Positions 39,393 through 52,554 of a stretch of 64,000 nt of DNA are shown here, one piece after another. How positions within the stretch are numbered: the stretch's first letter is position 1; the number at the start of each line of letters is the position of its first letter. The translations under genes and the position numbers were made by a program. The notes under the pieces are model-generated. The model saw only the letters and a program-made list of their open reading frames with translations, did not search any database and was not told the DNA's origin. Origin of the DNA: Chiloscyllium plagiosum (lineage: Eukaryota). The stretch is taken from contig NC_057729.1 in assembly GCF_004010195.1 (NCBI RefSeq), positions 37,456,999 to 37,520,998 of the forward strand, given 5' to 3'.

Positions 39393-40677
39393 CACACAAA
39401 AATACGAATGCCTTGTTTATTTGGTGATAGCTGAGGGAGGAACTTGACAAGAATAACTCCCTACTTTGCTTCAATTGGTACCATGAAAAGTTTAATAGCA
39501 GCAGGAAGAAATGCATGGTTTATCACCTCCAACAATGTAACAATTCCCTTTGTGCTGCTGAGGTGACAGTCTAGATATTCTACTCAAACTCTGGAATGGG
39601 AGTTAAATCTATGAACTGATGAATGAGGCCAGATTGCTGTTTGCTGTCTCAAATGACCACACAGCTGATCCAGCTGATCACAGCTGTAATTATTTACTTT
39701 GCTCAACTGTAAACTTTGAGGTTGAAATGTAAAATGCACAACACAGAAAGAACAACTGTCAGAACTTGTGTTGCGTTTAATATAATTTTCATTGTGATGC
39801 CATTTGTAAGGTGAAGTAAATGTAATTCCATTCAAAGTGTCTCTTGGAAATCCTTTTAGCTGTCCATATCCTCATTGCAAGTTAGTTTTTTTGAACTCTC
39901 AAGAATGTAACTGGAATCACAAAATCAATTTGACTAATCTGTTATGTGGAATTTAAAAGCACATTTCCCACTATACCCTATTCTACAAGAACATTGTTCA
40001 AAACTTAGGTTGATCCATCTTAAGCTTAAAAAAAAATGTATTTTTTCCTTTCACTATATGATGACTAAATACTACCCACATTATATTATTCATCTGGAGA
40101 AGTGTAGTTGGACTCTGTCATCATCCCGTTTCCCTTTCACCTATCGTGTTTACCTGTCCTCCATCCTCTACTTTTTACATTTTTTGGAGTTTCTGTATTG
40201 CTGTTCTAAGAGGGTAAGCAACATCAAACACCACGAGGAGAGACTGAAGGATAAAGAAACACCAACTTCTGGAGAAATGCAACCACTCTGGTAACATCAG
40301 AGGACAGACAAATAGAGATAATATTTTGAGTCCCATTGAGTCTTGTTTAGAATTGAAAGGTAAGGTACTTATTTTTTTTTACTACATACTTTAGAAGGAG
40401 GTGAGGCATAGTGCACAAGATAAAGGGCTTGTTAATGGTGGAGCAGAAAAGGATGAAAAATGGATCTAAATTAGAAGTGAAGGATTTGTGTGGTGGGATG
40501 TAGGGAGGCTGAATGTAAGAAAAATGGAGAACGGACATAATGGTATCAGCTTGGTGAGTATACAATGATTGATGGTGTAAATGATACCATGAAGTTGCAA
40601 AGCAACATTTTGGCAAAACGTTGCCCTCACTGGAAGGGGCAAGAAGGGGAATAATTGGGGCAGCACATGTCTTTACA

Positions 40678-40996
40678 GGTGGCATGGTGGCTCACTGGTT
40701 AACACTGCATTCTCCCAGTGCTGGGGACCTGGGTTTGATTCCAGCCTCTGGTGCCTGTCAGTGCAGTTTGCATGTTCTCCCTGTGTCTGCGTGGGTTTCC
40801 CACAATCCAAAAATGTACAGATTAAATGGATTGGCCACGCTAAATTGCCCTGCAGTGTGCAGGTTAGGTGGATTATCCATGGGAAATGCAAGGTTATGGG
40901 GAAAGGGTTGGGGCTTGATCTGGGCAGGATGCACTGAGAGTCGGTGCAGAACTCTACGGGCTGAATGGCCTCTTTTCACACTGTAGGAATTCTATG
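40678..40996 (+). mobile_element. HE1-type V-SINE (older)
   Basis: Head, V-domain TTTGCATGTTCTCCCTGTGTCTGCGTGGGTTTCC, tail. Confidence 0.82.
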
Positions 40997-41194
40997 AGCT
41001 GCCCCTAGCAAAATTTCTATTTTCTGGCCACCTCACCAACTACTCTCTCAATGAGAGGGTCCATTGGGAACTTTTTTCCGCCCACCATAGTTAAGAATTT
41101 CAAATACCAACAATTGGAGACTTAAGGGATTCACCTTATCAACTTCTCAATTACCTGCCTTACCCTTCAGCTAAGAAACATTTCTAGTTTTTTT

Positions 41195-41918
41195 GACTTA
41201 ATGGTAAGGTCCTAGGGAGTGTTGCTGAACAAAGAGATCTTGGAGTGCAGGTTCATAGCTCCTTGAAAGTGGAGTTGCAGGTAGATAGGATAGTGAAGAA
41301 GGCGTTTGTTATGCTTTCCTTTATTGGTCACAGGAGTTGAGAGGTCATGTTGCGGCTGTACAAGACGTTGGTTCGGCCACTATTGGAATATTGCATGCAA
41401 TTCTGGTCTCCTTCCTATCGGAAAGGTGTTGTGAAACTTGAAAGGATTCAGAAAAGATTTACAAGAATGCTGCCAGGGTTGGAGGATTTGAGTTATAGGA
41501 AGAGGTTGAATAGGCTAGGGCTGTTTTCCCTGGAGTGTCGGAGGCTGAGGGGTGAACTTATAAAGGTTTACAAAATCATAAGGGGCATGGATAGGATAAA
41601 TAGACAAAGTCTTTTCCCTGGGGTTGGGGAGTCCAAAACTAGAGGGTGTAGGTTTAGAGTGAGAGGGGAAAGATATAAAAGAGACCTAAAGGGCAACTTT
41701 TTCACTCAGAGGGTGGTATGTGTATGGAATGAGCTGCCAGAGGAAGTGGTGGAGGTTGGTACAATTGCAACTGGATGGGTATATGAATAGGAAGGGTTTG
41801 GAGGAATATGGGCCAGGTGCTGGCAGGTGGGACTAGATTGGGTTTGAATATCTGGTTGGTATGGACGAGTTGGACTGAAGGGTCTGTTTTCATGCTGTAC
41901 ATCTCTATGACTCTATGA
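41195..41918 (+). mobile_element. CR1 LINE 3' fragment
   Basis: ORF 41347-41790 LYKTLVRPLLEYCMQFWSP...FFTQRVV..WNELP; (CTATGACT) tail. Confidence 0.92.
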
Positions 41919-42295
41919 TGTGAAACTAGAGACAATAGACAATTGACTTGGTTGTGTGGGTGCCTCCAATTACCCCAGTCTGGGAGCAATTTGATGTACA
42001 ATTGGGAACAAGGGGGTGGGCTCTGAAAATTATTTTCCTGCCCTTGCCTCTGACCCCTCTCCAACTACCGACTTAATATATCCCTCACCTCACAAAGAAG
42101 CATACTCACTTAACTTCTCAGCACTGGATCTTCCTTGGGGGAAGCTTTCACCAAAAGGTTTTTCGGATCCAGTAGCAACCAGCCTCTGATTGGTTGGCAG
42201 CATCTGGTGACCCAGGTGCCAGTGTCAAAATCTGTGATAGGCTGACAAAAATAGCAAGGCTTTGCCAATCAGTTCTTAAGCAGCTGATTGGCACA

Positions 42296-42414
42296 TGATG
42301 AAGGGCTTTGGCCCGAAACATTGATTTTCTTGCCCGTCAGATGCTGCCTGACCTGCTGTGCTTTCCCAGCACCACTCTCATCTTGGCTCTAATCTCCAGC
42401 ATCTGCAGTACTCA
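42296..42414 (+). mobile_element. PLE terminal-repeat fragment starting at the hammerhead core
   Basis: TGATGAAGGGCTTTGGCCCGAAACATTG...CCAGCATCTGCAGTACTCA. Confidence 0.8.
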
Positions 42415-43750
42415 GGTTACCTCAGCTCTGGAGTGCATATTTTTTGCCATCTAACATGCTTGCCCCACATTTAATATCAAACATGGAAAATCATACTTTC
42501 AGTTATGGTGGTGGTGGGGGGGGTCATTTAAATTTCTTTATTTTTCTCATCTTTCAACTTTAAGCAGAGGTATTTTTAAAAATTCCTCTTGATTCAATTT
42601 GAAATAGGTTGTCATGTGTTTTCCCCAAACCCTCATGAGATCCAAATTAAAAATAATCTGCAAAAGACTTATCTGGGGTTAAAACAATATTAATGCTTAC
42701 TCACACATTCAAACTTGGGGGAAGATAGTCACAACACATACGCACTCAAGCATACAAGGAAAAAGGTTACAATTTAAGAATGCCTTAACAGAAATCAAAG
42801 ACATGGAGATGATGCACATGACTTATGTCCAAGTGTAGAAATTCAGTGTCTCATGAAGGTAAGTTTCTTTCGGTTTCCTGATTTCGATGAGAACCATTGG
42901 CTGAATTTGAATTTTTAGAGATTTTTTTGAAATTGATAAAGCTGCAGCCAGATAATATTGGTGTAGCGACTTGGTCCACTTTTCACAAATGCAGGGTTTC
43001 TTCCAGACAAATGTTTTTGAAGAGGTTAAGGCCTGAAATAGCTTAGCTCAACCTAGAATGTTTTTTTCTCTGCACAACACCAATTGCAGTAAATGTGGAT
43101 GTTAATGAGCTGATTGAATGTTAGCAATTAACTAGATATCCAGCGGCTACAATTCATCTCTTCAGAACCTGAGAGTTGGGGGGGAATGGGGGGATAGTGA
43201 GTGGAAGAAGGGGTCGGCCATATTATCCAGGCATCTATTAGTGTCTGTTCCTCTGGCCAGGGGTCCAGTATTATCCGTGCAATATTTAACTGATGAAAAT
43301 CAGGGAATAGAGGAGATCCAAAGAGATGCAAGTATAAATGCACAGTAAAATGTGCAAAAAAAAAAATCAATAAAGGCTAGTGGAACATTTATCTTTAAAA
43401 ATAGAGGACTAGAAAATAAAAGACACAAACCGTACAAACTACACAAGCAACACATACCTCCAATAAAACCATACTGTGCAGTCTAGTGTAAAGTCTGGGC
43501 ACTTTATTTTAAAGGGTCAGGAAACAGTGCACGAGGAATAGTATTAAGTTCCAGTGATTGTGTTATGAGGAAAGACTAGATCATATGGGCTTGTATTTAA
43601 CAGAATTAAGTAGATAAAGGAATGATTTTGTGAGGTTTCAAGAATTTTGACAGAAATTGGGAGCATCAGTGGAAATGTTTTCTGTTGACACGAATGTCTA
43701 AAACTAGAGAATACCTTCTTCGAAGCAGAGTCAGGCAATCAAGACACAAG

Positions 43751-44066
43751 TTAGAATAAATTCCCTACAGTGTGGAAACAGGCCCTTCGGCCCAACAGCT
43801 ACACACCGACCCTCTGAAGAGTAACCCACCCAAACCCCTTTTCCCCTCTGAATAATGCACCTAATTGACAATTTAAGCATGGCCAATTCATCTAACCTGC
43901 ACATCTTTAGACTGTGGAAGGAAACCGGAGCACCCGGAGAAAACCCACGCAGACACTGGGAGAATGTCTGTGTAGAGTTTGCACAGTCACCCGAGGTTGG
44001 AATCGAACCTGAGAATCTGGTGCTGTGAGGCAACAGTGCTAACCACTGAGCCACCGTGCCACCCCA
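43751..44066 (-). mobile_element. HE1-type V-SINE inside an old plus-strand CR1 remnant (~43270-44265)
   Basis: Reverse complement of the SINE; the flanks resemble a decayed CR1 3' region. Confidence 0.85.
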
Positions 44067-47000
44067 ATTAGGAACCAATTTGTCACAAAAATGCACTCGA
44101 TGCTACGTGAATTAATCATTTTTGAAAATAGAGATCTAGTCTTCCTTCCAGCTAAAGACATTAAGGGATATAGAGCAAAGGAAGGTGAAAGGTGTCCAGA
44201 TGCAGCTCATCCATGACCTCATTAAATAATGGAAAAGGCTTGAGGGGCCGAATGGCTGAATTTTATTCTTGTGTTTTTATTCAAGATATGATACATATAA
44301 ATCAATGCACAAAGCACTGTCTCAGTTCCTATAAAATTGACAATACAAATTGTTGTATAAATCACTACATAAAGTACTGTATCAGCCACTATAAAAGTCA
44401 TTGTATAATGTGTTGCATGAGTTGTGTAAATCGGACTAAGTGCTAAGTAACTGGTTATATATCAGGCACTATGCAAGTCCTCATATAATGTGTTGTTGAA
44501 TCACGACATAAAATGCCTTATAAGTTGCTTATATAGTCTAGGTTGATGCTTAAAAATGATTACATAGCTATTAACCTTTATTTAAGCCCAACATGAAATG
44601 AAACAGGCACAGTAACTCATAGAAGTGAAATGTAAATGTAAAAGTTCATTTTGATTGAGTTATCTATATTAAACCAACTGCTCGAGGAAATTCTAATCGT
44701 AAATTTAAAAAGTGGCTCATTGCTTCTGGTCTTATTTGTAAATATTTCTTGAATTCTAGAACATTAGTATTGAAAGCTCTTTGATGTGGAGTTTAAACAC
44801 ATTTGTTCACATATCTTGTCTTCAAGTGTGGTTTCCATCCACTTTATTAATAAAAGGAAACAAAATAATCATCACATGTTTCACAATTTGTGAATTCCCT
44901 GCTTAGAGCTGTGAAAAATCTATAGATAGCTCGAGCTGTTGGTGCAGGCATTGCAGTGAGGCATCTGCTGCTTTATATTTGTGAATGTATTAATGAACCT
45001 GCTGCAGCCTTGTACGCATGTATGTGCTTAATGATGTCATTTTGTGTCACTTCACCACAATTTTTAAATAAGAAATCAATTTTGAGTCTCACTAGATAGA
45101 TCATAAATCAGTTTCTCACAAAAATAAAATTGCACCACGCTTGACAGTGTGCAGACAGATGTCCGTATACCATAGCCACTAATTGCCCTGTCACTATCTC
45201 CAGTGATATTTCATTGTCCATCAACATTGTGAAAGTATGCTTGCGAAAGAGAGAAAAAAAATCACGCTTCTTCATTGAATATTCATTAGATCTGTTCAAT
45301 ATTTGGCAGGGCCACTTCTTCCTCAAATTTCTGGCTTAGCTTCGGAATGTTTATAATAGAATTGAAAGCAGAAAATAAACATGCACACTTGGCTATCAAA
45401 TAACATTTAACATAGATAACTATGTTTCCGTCACAAATAGACATGTTTAATAACAAAGAAATATAATTTATCCTGCAAAAACAAGATATTAAATCTTGTA
45501 GTAATTTCTGGCTTTTAGTGAAGAAACCAGACAGGTTTGTTAAATAAATCCTGCAAAAAGAGTAAGTAATTGTGTACTTGCCATAATGAGAGATGCATGT
45601 TTGAAAACTGTCCAGATAACAGAGTTGAGGTGTTCCAGGCTTCCTGCCTCTAGTAGATGACAAGGAAGTGGCTTTGAGAAGAAATCAGATCTGATGAATA
45701 ATCACCAGAATCAAAACAATAACTCTACTTTTTCCCACAAATGCTGCCACATCTGCTGAGTTTCTGCAATGATTTCTGTTTTTCCATTGGATCACATACT
45801 GCCTTGTGTGCATCAATACGCCAGCCATTGCCATCTTGAATAGGACACTGAGATAGGCAGCCTGACCATGTGCCTGTTTCAAGCAGAGCCATTTGTTGCT
45901 GTACAAAAATATGTAACTTAGGCGCCAGTGTTGAGAAAAAGTATTGATGGGATGTGAGAGACGATACTTCACTTAGAGCTCATAAAGTGTGAGGATATTT
46001 TTGTGATTAAAATGTTACAGTTGAAATTTGAAGCAAAGTTCTTGTTCCTTGGAGCACTGCAGCTTCAGCGTGTTGCCTGGTTTCTTTTCTTGTATATTCC
46101 TGAATACATTTACTTGGGAATAAAAATTATCTTCAAAGTGAGAAACATTGGGCAGAACCTTCCTGGTCCTTGAATGATGTGGGCAATGGCACGTTAGTTG
46201 GAAAAATATGGTGAGATCAGAAAAATGACATTCTCGATGACAAGAAAAAATGTCTGACTTGCATTCCAAGGATTAAAGGTAAGATGACTGTCTTGCTAGA
46301 GAGTTGTCAGAGACCTATGTGTCTGCATTAGCATCTCTTTATTACCTTGTTTCGCTGCTTGTTCCTCTGGGTCACCATTTGGGCAACATTCCTCAACATT
46401 TCAGGGCATGCTCCAGAAGCAGTGATTGTCTGCATTCTTCATCCATGAAAGTTGGCATCAGACATGCACTCACTTCACCATTCATCATGGCACATTTCTG
46501 GCTTACTTATAGTGAGCTCACCAACACCTTTCACTGCAATGCTTCAACCAGGCCATTTTGCACACAGGGACAGGCAACCATCTCATAGAGTCATCGTCAT
46601 AGAGATGTACAGCACGGAAACAGACCCTTTTGTCCAACACGTCCATTACAACCAGATATCCCAACCTACACTCTTCGGTCCAACTCATCCATGCTGAACA
46701 GTTATGCCAACCTAAAGCATATACTGACTTTTCACTTGCTTGGATGCTGACAGCATCTCCACTTTACCTTCAGTCAATACCACGCATAGAGTATGTGTTA
46801 ACAGGTTCCATGGCACATACTGATTGTGCCCTACCAAATGGCCACAGTCACATATCAGAAGACCAGGCCTCAGTCAAGTCAATAGGGATGATCGTCAGTC
46901 AGGGAGTTACACCACAGTCAGTCAGTTAGGGCTGCATCCAATATCAGTCCATTGACTTGAACACTGTCAGGGTCAAGGATTCCATACCCCTACAGTCTAA

Positions 47001-47084
47001 GAAGTAGGCCAAGGTCACTTGTCAAGTGCAACCTCTGTTCGGATATTAGTTAGAGAGGTGTACGGTGATCAGTCAGAAATCTAG

Positions 47085-47449
47085 AGTCAAGGGTGTGGTG
47101 CTGGAAAAGCACAGCAGGAATGGGTGAAGAGATGGAAATGTGTTGCTGGAAAAACGCAGCAGGTCAGGCAGCATCTAGGGAACAGGAGAATCATCCTGAA
47201 GAAGGGCTAATGCCCGAAACGTCGATTCTCCTGTTCCCTAGATGCTGCCTGACCTGCTGCGTTTTTCCAGCAACACATTTCCATCTCTGATCTCCAGCAT
47301 CTGCAGACCTCACTTTCTCCTCAAGGAATGGATGAAGGGTTTATGTCTAAAACATTGATTCTCCTGCTCCTTGGATGCTGCCTGATATGCTTTTCCAGCA
47401 CCCCATTCTCAACTCTGATCTCCAGCATCAACAGTCCTCATTTTCTCTT
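47085..47449 (+). mobile_element. Nested pair of fold-back PLE terminal-repeat insertions
   Basis: Outer TSD AGTCAGAAATCTAG (47071-47084, 47450-47463). Inner element 47130-47323 with TSD AGGAATGG(G/A)TGAAG (47116-47129, 47324-47337). Confidence 0.9.
47196..47223 (+). ncRNA. Intact minimal hammerhead core in the loop of a perfect 65-bp hairpin
   Basis: CTGAAGA-A-GGGC-TAAT-GCCC-GAAAC-GTC; arms 47128-47192 and 47224-47288 are exact reverse complements. Confidence 0.8.
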
Positions 47450-47629
47450 AGTCAGAAATCTAGTCAGCCATTGGTCAAGGCTCTACTTCTAAGTCAGTCA
47501 GAGGAGTGGGCCATGGTTGGACCTGGGCTTCTGACATTGTAAGTCAAGTGGATTATCGGGCTGTTACAATGATGGGCAAGGCTGACTTGTGACATCATCA
47601 CTGGCCAGCTGGAGCAAGACCTATAACCT

Positions 47630-48520
47630 GAATGGGTGAATGGCCATCCTATCCCAGTACTTATCAAGGTGACAACTGCATTAAATGTTTATGCAACTGA
47701 CTGCTTCCGAAGATCCACTGGAATCCTGTGTGGAATCTCTCAATCCTCAAACCACAAATGTGCAAGATTATTACCAACACAATTTATGCCAGATCATACC
47801 ACTTCATCTCATTTCTCCTTGCCAAGGCCCCAAGTGCCACAGCCCAGACAGTAGGCTTTGCCAACACAGGTGCAGGGTGCTGTAGACTGTACAGGTCACC
47901 GTGAGAACACCAGAACATAATTTGACTGACTTCAATAGGAAAGGCTTCCATTCAGTAAATATAAAGGTTATCAGTGATCATAGGTACCACATTTTAGAGG
48001 TCTGCACCAAACAGCCTCAATCGTGGAATCATAGAATCCCTACAGTGTGGAAAGCAGGCCATTCAGCCCATTGAGGCCTCATCGACCCTCTGAAAAGCAT
48101 CTCACCCAACCCAAACCCTGCTAATTTCCCGCAATTTTGCATTGCCCATGGCTAATCCACATAGCACATCCCTGGATACAATGGGTAATTTAGCATGGTC
48201 AATCCACCTAACCTGCTGAAAGCTGCTAATGCTTATATCCTTGAGAATTCTCATGTTTCTGCCTCATTTCAAGAGCTAACTGCCTTAGGAAGATGGTGTA
48301 TGACAAAGGGGCTACCCTTTGCAACCTATGGCCAATGACACCATTACACAATCCCTGGCTGAGGCTAAACATAGATGTAATGCAGCCCAATCTTCCATCA
48401 GGACCATCATGCAGCAGATAATAGCCTCCTGAAGATGATGTTCAGTTGCTTGGTCAAGGGAGAGTCTTGCAGTATATTCCTGACATTCTATGCTGTGCTC
48501 TGCACAATTGGAGCAGGAAA
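47630..48520 (+). pseudogene. PIF/Harbinger (HARBI1-like) DDE transposase relic
   Basis: IPVLIKVTTALNVYATDCFRRSTGILCGISQSSNHKC; VDCT; FNRKGFHSVN; KGYPL; HARBI1-like C-terminal block. Interrupted by a SINE tail fragment at ~48020-48216. Confidence 0.8.
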
Positions 48521-48984
48521 GAGAGGACATACTGGATACTGAAGAGCTACAGAGGGTTAGCAGACCGATGTTTGCTGTGATGCCCCACATTGAACAATGA
48601 AAAGAAGTTCTGCAACACTGGATTTTAAGCAAAGAGGAGCACACCATTAGAAATAGCTTTATGGTACTGAGCTCAGGTAGCATGCTTTATTTCATTCTTG
48701 TAACTGCAATTACAACTACAGATGATCCGACTTGTGATGATGTGAAAAGGCAATACATTTATAATTGTGCTGACAGAAACTTTTCATTTCTCTCCCCTGC
48801 ATGTGAAGTGAAGGGCCATTCCTCACTGGTAATGGTAGATCTAGTACACAGCTGGGCTTGAAACATAATTCAGGGGCACAACTCCTGGAAAGTCCTAGCA
48901 GTAGTAAGTACTTCTGCACTGTTACGCACACAATATCACAAACACTGCATATGTAATGAGGTGAGCAAGAAAGAATTAGAGTTA

Positions 48985-49503
48985 TGGAGTCATAGAGATG
49001 TACAGCACAGAAACAGACCCTTCGGTCCATGCTGACCCGACATCCTAAATTAATCTAGTCTCATGTGCCAGCATTTGGTCCATATCCCTCTCAACCCTTC
49101 CTGTTCATATCTCCATCCAGATGCCTTTCAAATGTTGTAATTGTACCAGCCTCCACCACTCCTTCTGGCTGTTCATTCCATGCACGCACCACCCTCTGCA
49201 TGTAAAGGTTGCTCTTAAGGCTTTTTAATTCTTTCCTCACTCACCCTAAACCCATGCTCTCTCATTCTGTACTCCCCCATCCTGGGGAAAAGACCTTGGC
49301 TATTCACCCTATCATGTCCCTCATGATTTTACAAACCTCTATAAGGTCACCTCTTAGTCTCCAACGCTACAGGGAAAACAGCCCTGCCCTATTCAGCCTA
49401 TCCCGATAGCTCAAATCCTCCAGCCCTGGTAACATCCTTGTAAATCCTTTCTGAACCCTTTCAAGTTTCACAACATTCTTCCTATAGGAGGGAGACCAGA
49501 ATT
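48985..49503 (-). mobile_element. CR1 LINE 3' fragment
   Basis: Reverse complement of the CR1 tail (GAGTCATAGAGATGTACAGC) and the ORF2 end. Confidence 0.88.
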
Positions 49504-50526
49504 CCAAAATTGTCAGAACTTGCTCGACCACACAGATAGAAACTCTCCATGTAACAATCTGAAATGAACCCTTTGCTGGTTTTTGGTTAATTCAACTCAG
49601 TCTATTTTGTCATGTTCCCATATCCTTAATGCTATGGCACATTTGCACATTAAGTACGGCCCAAGCCATAATATATGGTATTGAATATATGTGTATGTTA
49701 ATGAATGGGTGTCACACACTGTCATTTGTACACAAGAAACAAAGAGAGAAATTTTCTTTAGTGATTGCTTTGTGGAATGGACAAGCATTTGCAATTATGT
49801 CACTGTAGTTATCTTGCAGAATTACAGTACCAGTACAGATTACAGTTTGTCCCAAATTAAAATACTTAAAATTAATTCATTTACATCAGTCTCTGGTCCC
49901 TCTGTCAATATCTCATTGTGATACATTGAAAAAGGTAAATTACTTCTTGATTAAATCCACTTCTGTATTTTGACTCACCCATTTCTACTACAGGTCTTTT
50001 TCATTTTGCACGACAATCAATTTAAACCGAGGCTTATTTTATTTGGTTATGGGTTCATTACCCACACATCGGAATTCAGCAATATTTCAATAGAAAATCT
50101 ATCATGATAGGTCGTGTACAAAGCCCAGCACAGACATTTGCTCCCACTCAATTGTTACTTCTGCTATTTGATTTGCCAAGTTGATTGCAACAAAAACTTA
50201 TAACTAATTGGTATAGAACATAAAACAAGCCCTGCAAAGCACAGGTTAAATATCCAAATAATCTCTGATCTATAATCAGCTCAACAAGCACTGTAATAAA
50301 AGCAGTGAGACACAATATCATAGATTTAGTGTTAACGGAATAATCCTCTTCTTTATGCCTCAAATCAATCAATAGGATTTATCCAAGTATTTTGGATAAC
50401 TAAGTAATGCCTTAAATAGACCGTGCAGGAAAATCACTTTGCCATTGTTTAGACTCTTTTGTGGCACAAAAATAAAAGATCCTTACTTGCTATGAAGCAG
50501 AATTCAATTTACTTGTAAACTATACT

Positions 50527-51910
50527 GTCATAGAGTCAAGAAAGCAGACCTTTTGGTCCAACCAGACCATTTTGACCATAATCCCAAATGAAACTACTCC
50601 CACCTGCTGTGTTTGGCTCATATCCCTCCAAACATTTCCTATTCATGTACTTATCCAAATGTCTTTTAAATATTGTAACTGTAGCTGCATCCACCAATTC
50701 CTCTGGAAGTTCATTCCACATATGAACCACTCTGTAAAGAAAAATTGCCTTACGGCTTTGTAAAATCTTTCTCCTCTCATTTTAGGAATACACCTCCTAG
50801 ACTTGAAATTCTCCACCCTGGGGAAAAGACACCTGTCTTTTCACTTATCTGTACCCCTTATGATTTTATAAACCTCCATAAGGTTATCTCTCAACTTCCT
50901 ATGCTTCAGTGAGAGATATCTCAGCCGGAAGTTCATTCCACACATGAACCACTCTGTAAAGAAAAATTGCCTCACGGCTTTGTAAAATCTTTCTCCTCTC
51001 ATCTTAGGAATACACCTCCTAGACTTGAAATTCCCCACCCTAGGGAAAAGACACCTGTCTTTTCACTTATCTGTACCCCTTATGATTTTATAAACCTCCA
51101 TAAGGTTATCTCTCAACTTCCTATGCTTCAGTGAGAGATATCTCAGCCTATCCAGTCTTTTCTTATAACTCAAACCCTCCATTCCCAGCAACATCCTGGT
51201 AAATGTCTTCTGAACCCTTTCCAGCTTAATAATATCCTTCCTATAACAGGGCGAACAGAACTGGACATCTCAGAAGAGGCCTCACCAATGATCTGTAGAA
51301 CCTCAACATGACAGCCCAACTCCTCAAAGGTCTGAGCAACGAAGGCAAGCATGTTAAACACCTTCTTAACCATCTTATCTGTATGTGGTGCAAACTTCAA
51401 AGAATTATGTACTTGAAGTCTTGGGTGTCTCTGTTCTACAACACTGCCCAAGGTCCTACTTTTAATTAGATAAGTTTTATCTTTGTTTGCCTCACGTTTA
51501 TCCAAATTAAACTCCAATCAACATCTTCAGCCCATTGACCTAATTGATTAAGATTCCACACATGAACCACTCAGTCACTGTCTTCACTGTCCAGTGTAAC
51601 CACCAATCTTGGTAGCATCTGCAAATTTACTAACTATACTTTCTATATTCTCATATAAATCATTTATATGTATGACAAATAAAAGTGGATCCAGCACCAA
51701 TCCCTGTAGAACACTGCTGGTAACAGGTCTCAACTCTGTAAAACAATCCTCCACCATCACTCTCTGTCTCCTACCATTCAGCCAATTGTGTATTCAATTA
51801 GCAAGCTCACCCTGAATCCCATGTGATCTAACGTTACTAATTAGTCTACCATATGGAAGCTTGTCAAAGGCTTTACTGAATTACAAGTAAACAATGTCTA
51901 CCGCTTTGTC
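50527..51910 (-). mobile_element. CR1 LINE fragment containing a 222-bp tandem duplication
   Basis: CR1 RT/C-terminal motifs; units 50705-50926 and 50927-51148. Confidence 0.88.
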
Positions 51911-52554
51911 CTGTCTGGAAAAGAAAGACATATATATCCCTATCATTATGTTGTCTTATGCTACAAGGGTTCGATGAAGTCCAAATGGTCAGTATTGATA
52001 TTACTTTACTGCATGAATCGTTCACAGTTCTATTTTCCTTCTTGTTTGTCAAGGAGCATTCTTCTACGCCGTGATATTAATACTCAATGAATTTGAATAG
52101 ATGATTAATATGCAGCATCACTTCCAAACCTCTAATTTTATTCTAACATTTTTCTGTTTTTATTTTATACAAGCTATATTTGCAGTTTCTTTTAATATCA
52201 CCATTGCACTTAAATTCACTATGTTAATTTTAGATTGGATAGATCTTGCTGACCATACTCAAAATGCTGAATTTTACCGGTCATTTTGGTGAGTTTCATG
52301 GAAGGATTTTGTCTGCAACACCAAATGTGTTTTATCACGTAACTTTCCCATACTCACCTCATTACACACCCACCATTGTCCCATGGTGCCCTGGATGTTG
52401 TATTCTCCCACTCACTGTAGGCAAAAGTATCTGCCATTGTTGTTACCTCCGGGGATCCCTGGCATTGGAGTCATTTTTAAAACATAGTTATGTACCATGT
52501 CAAGCACTGGGACGCTGGAGCTTCCCTGCACATTGCTGTAATTTTCCCCACACA

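Noticed and set aside
44310-44530. Weak periodicity (GTATAAATCACT-like motifs)
   Set aside because: Too degenerate to define a repeat unit by eye.
47630-48520. Functional domesticated HARBI1 gene
   Set aside because: Multiple frameshifts, stop codons and a SINE insertion; a dead transposon copy.
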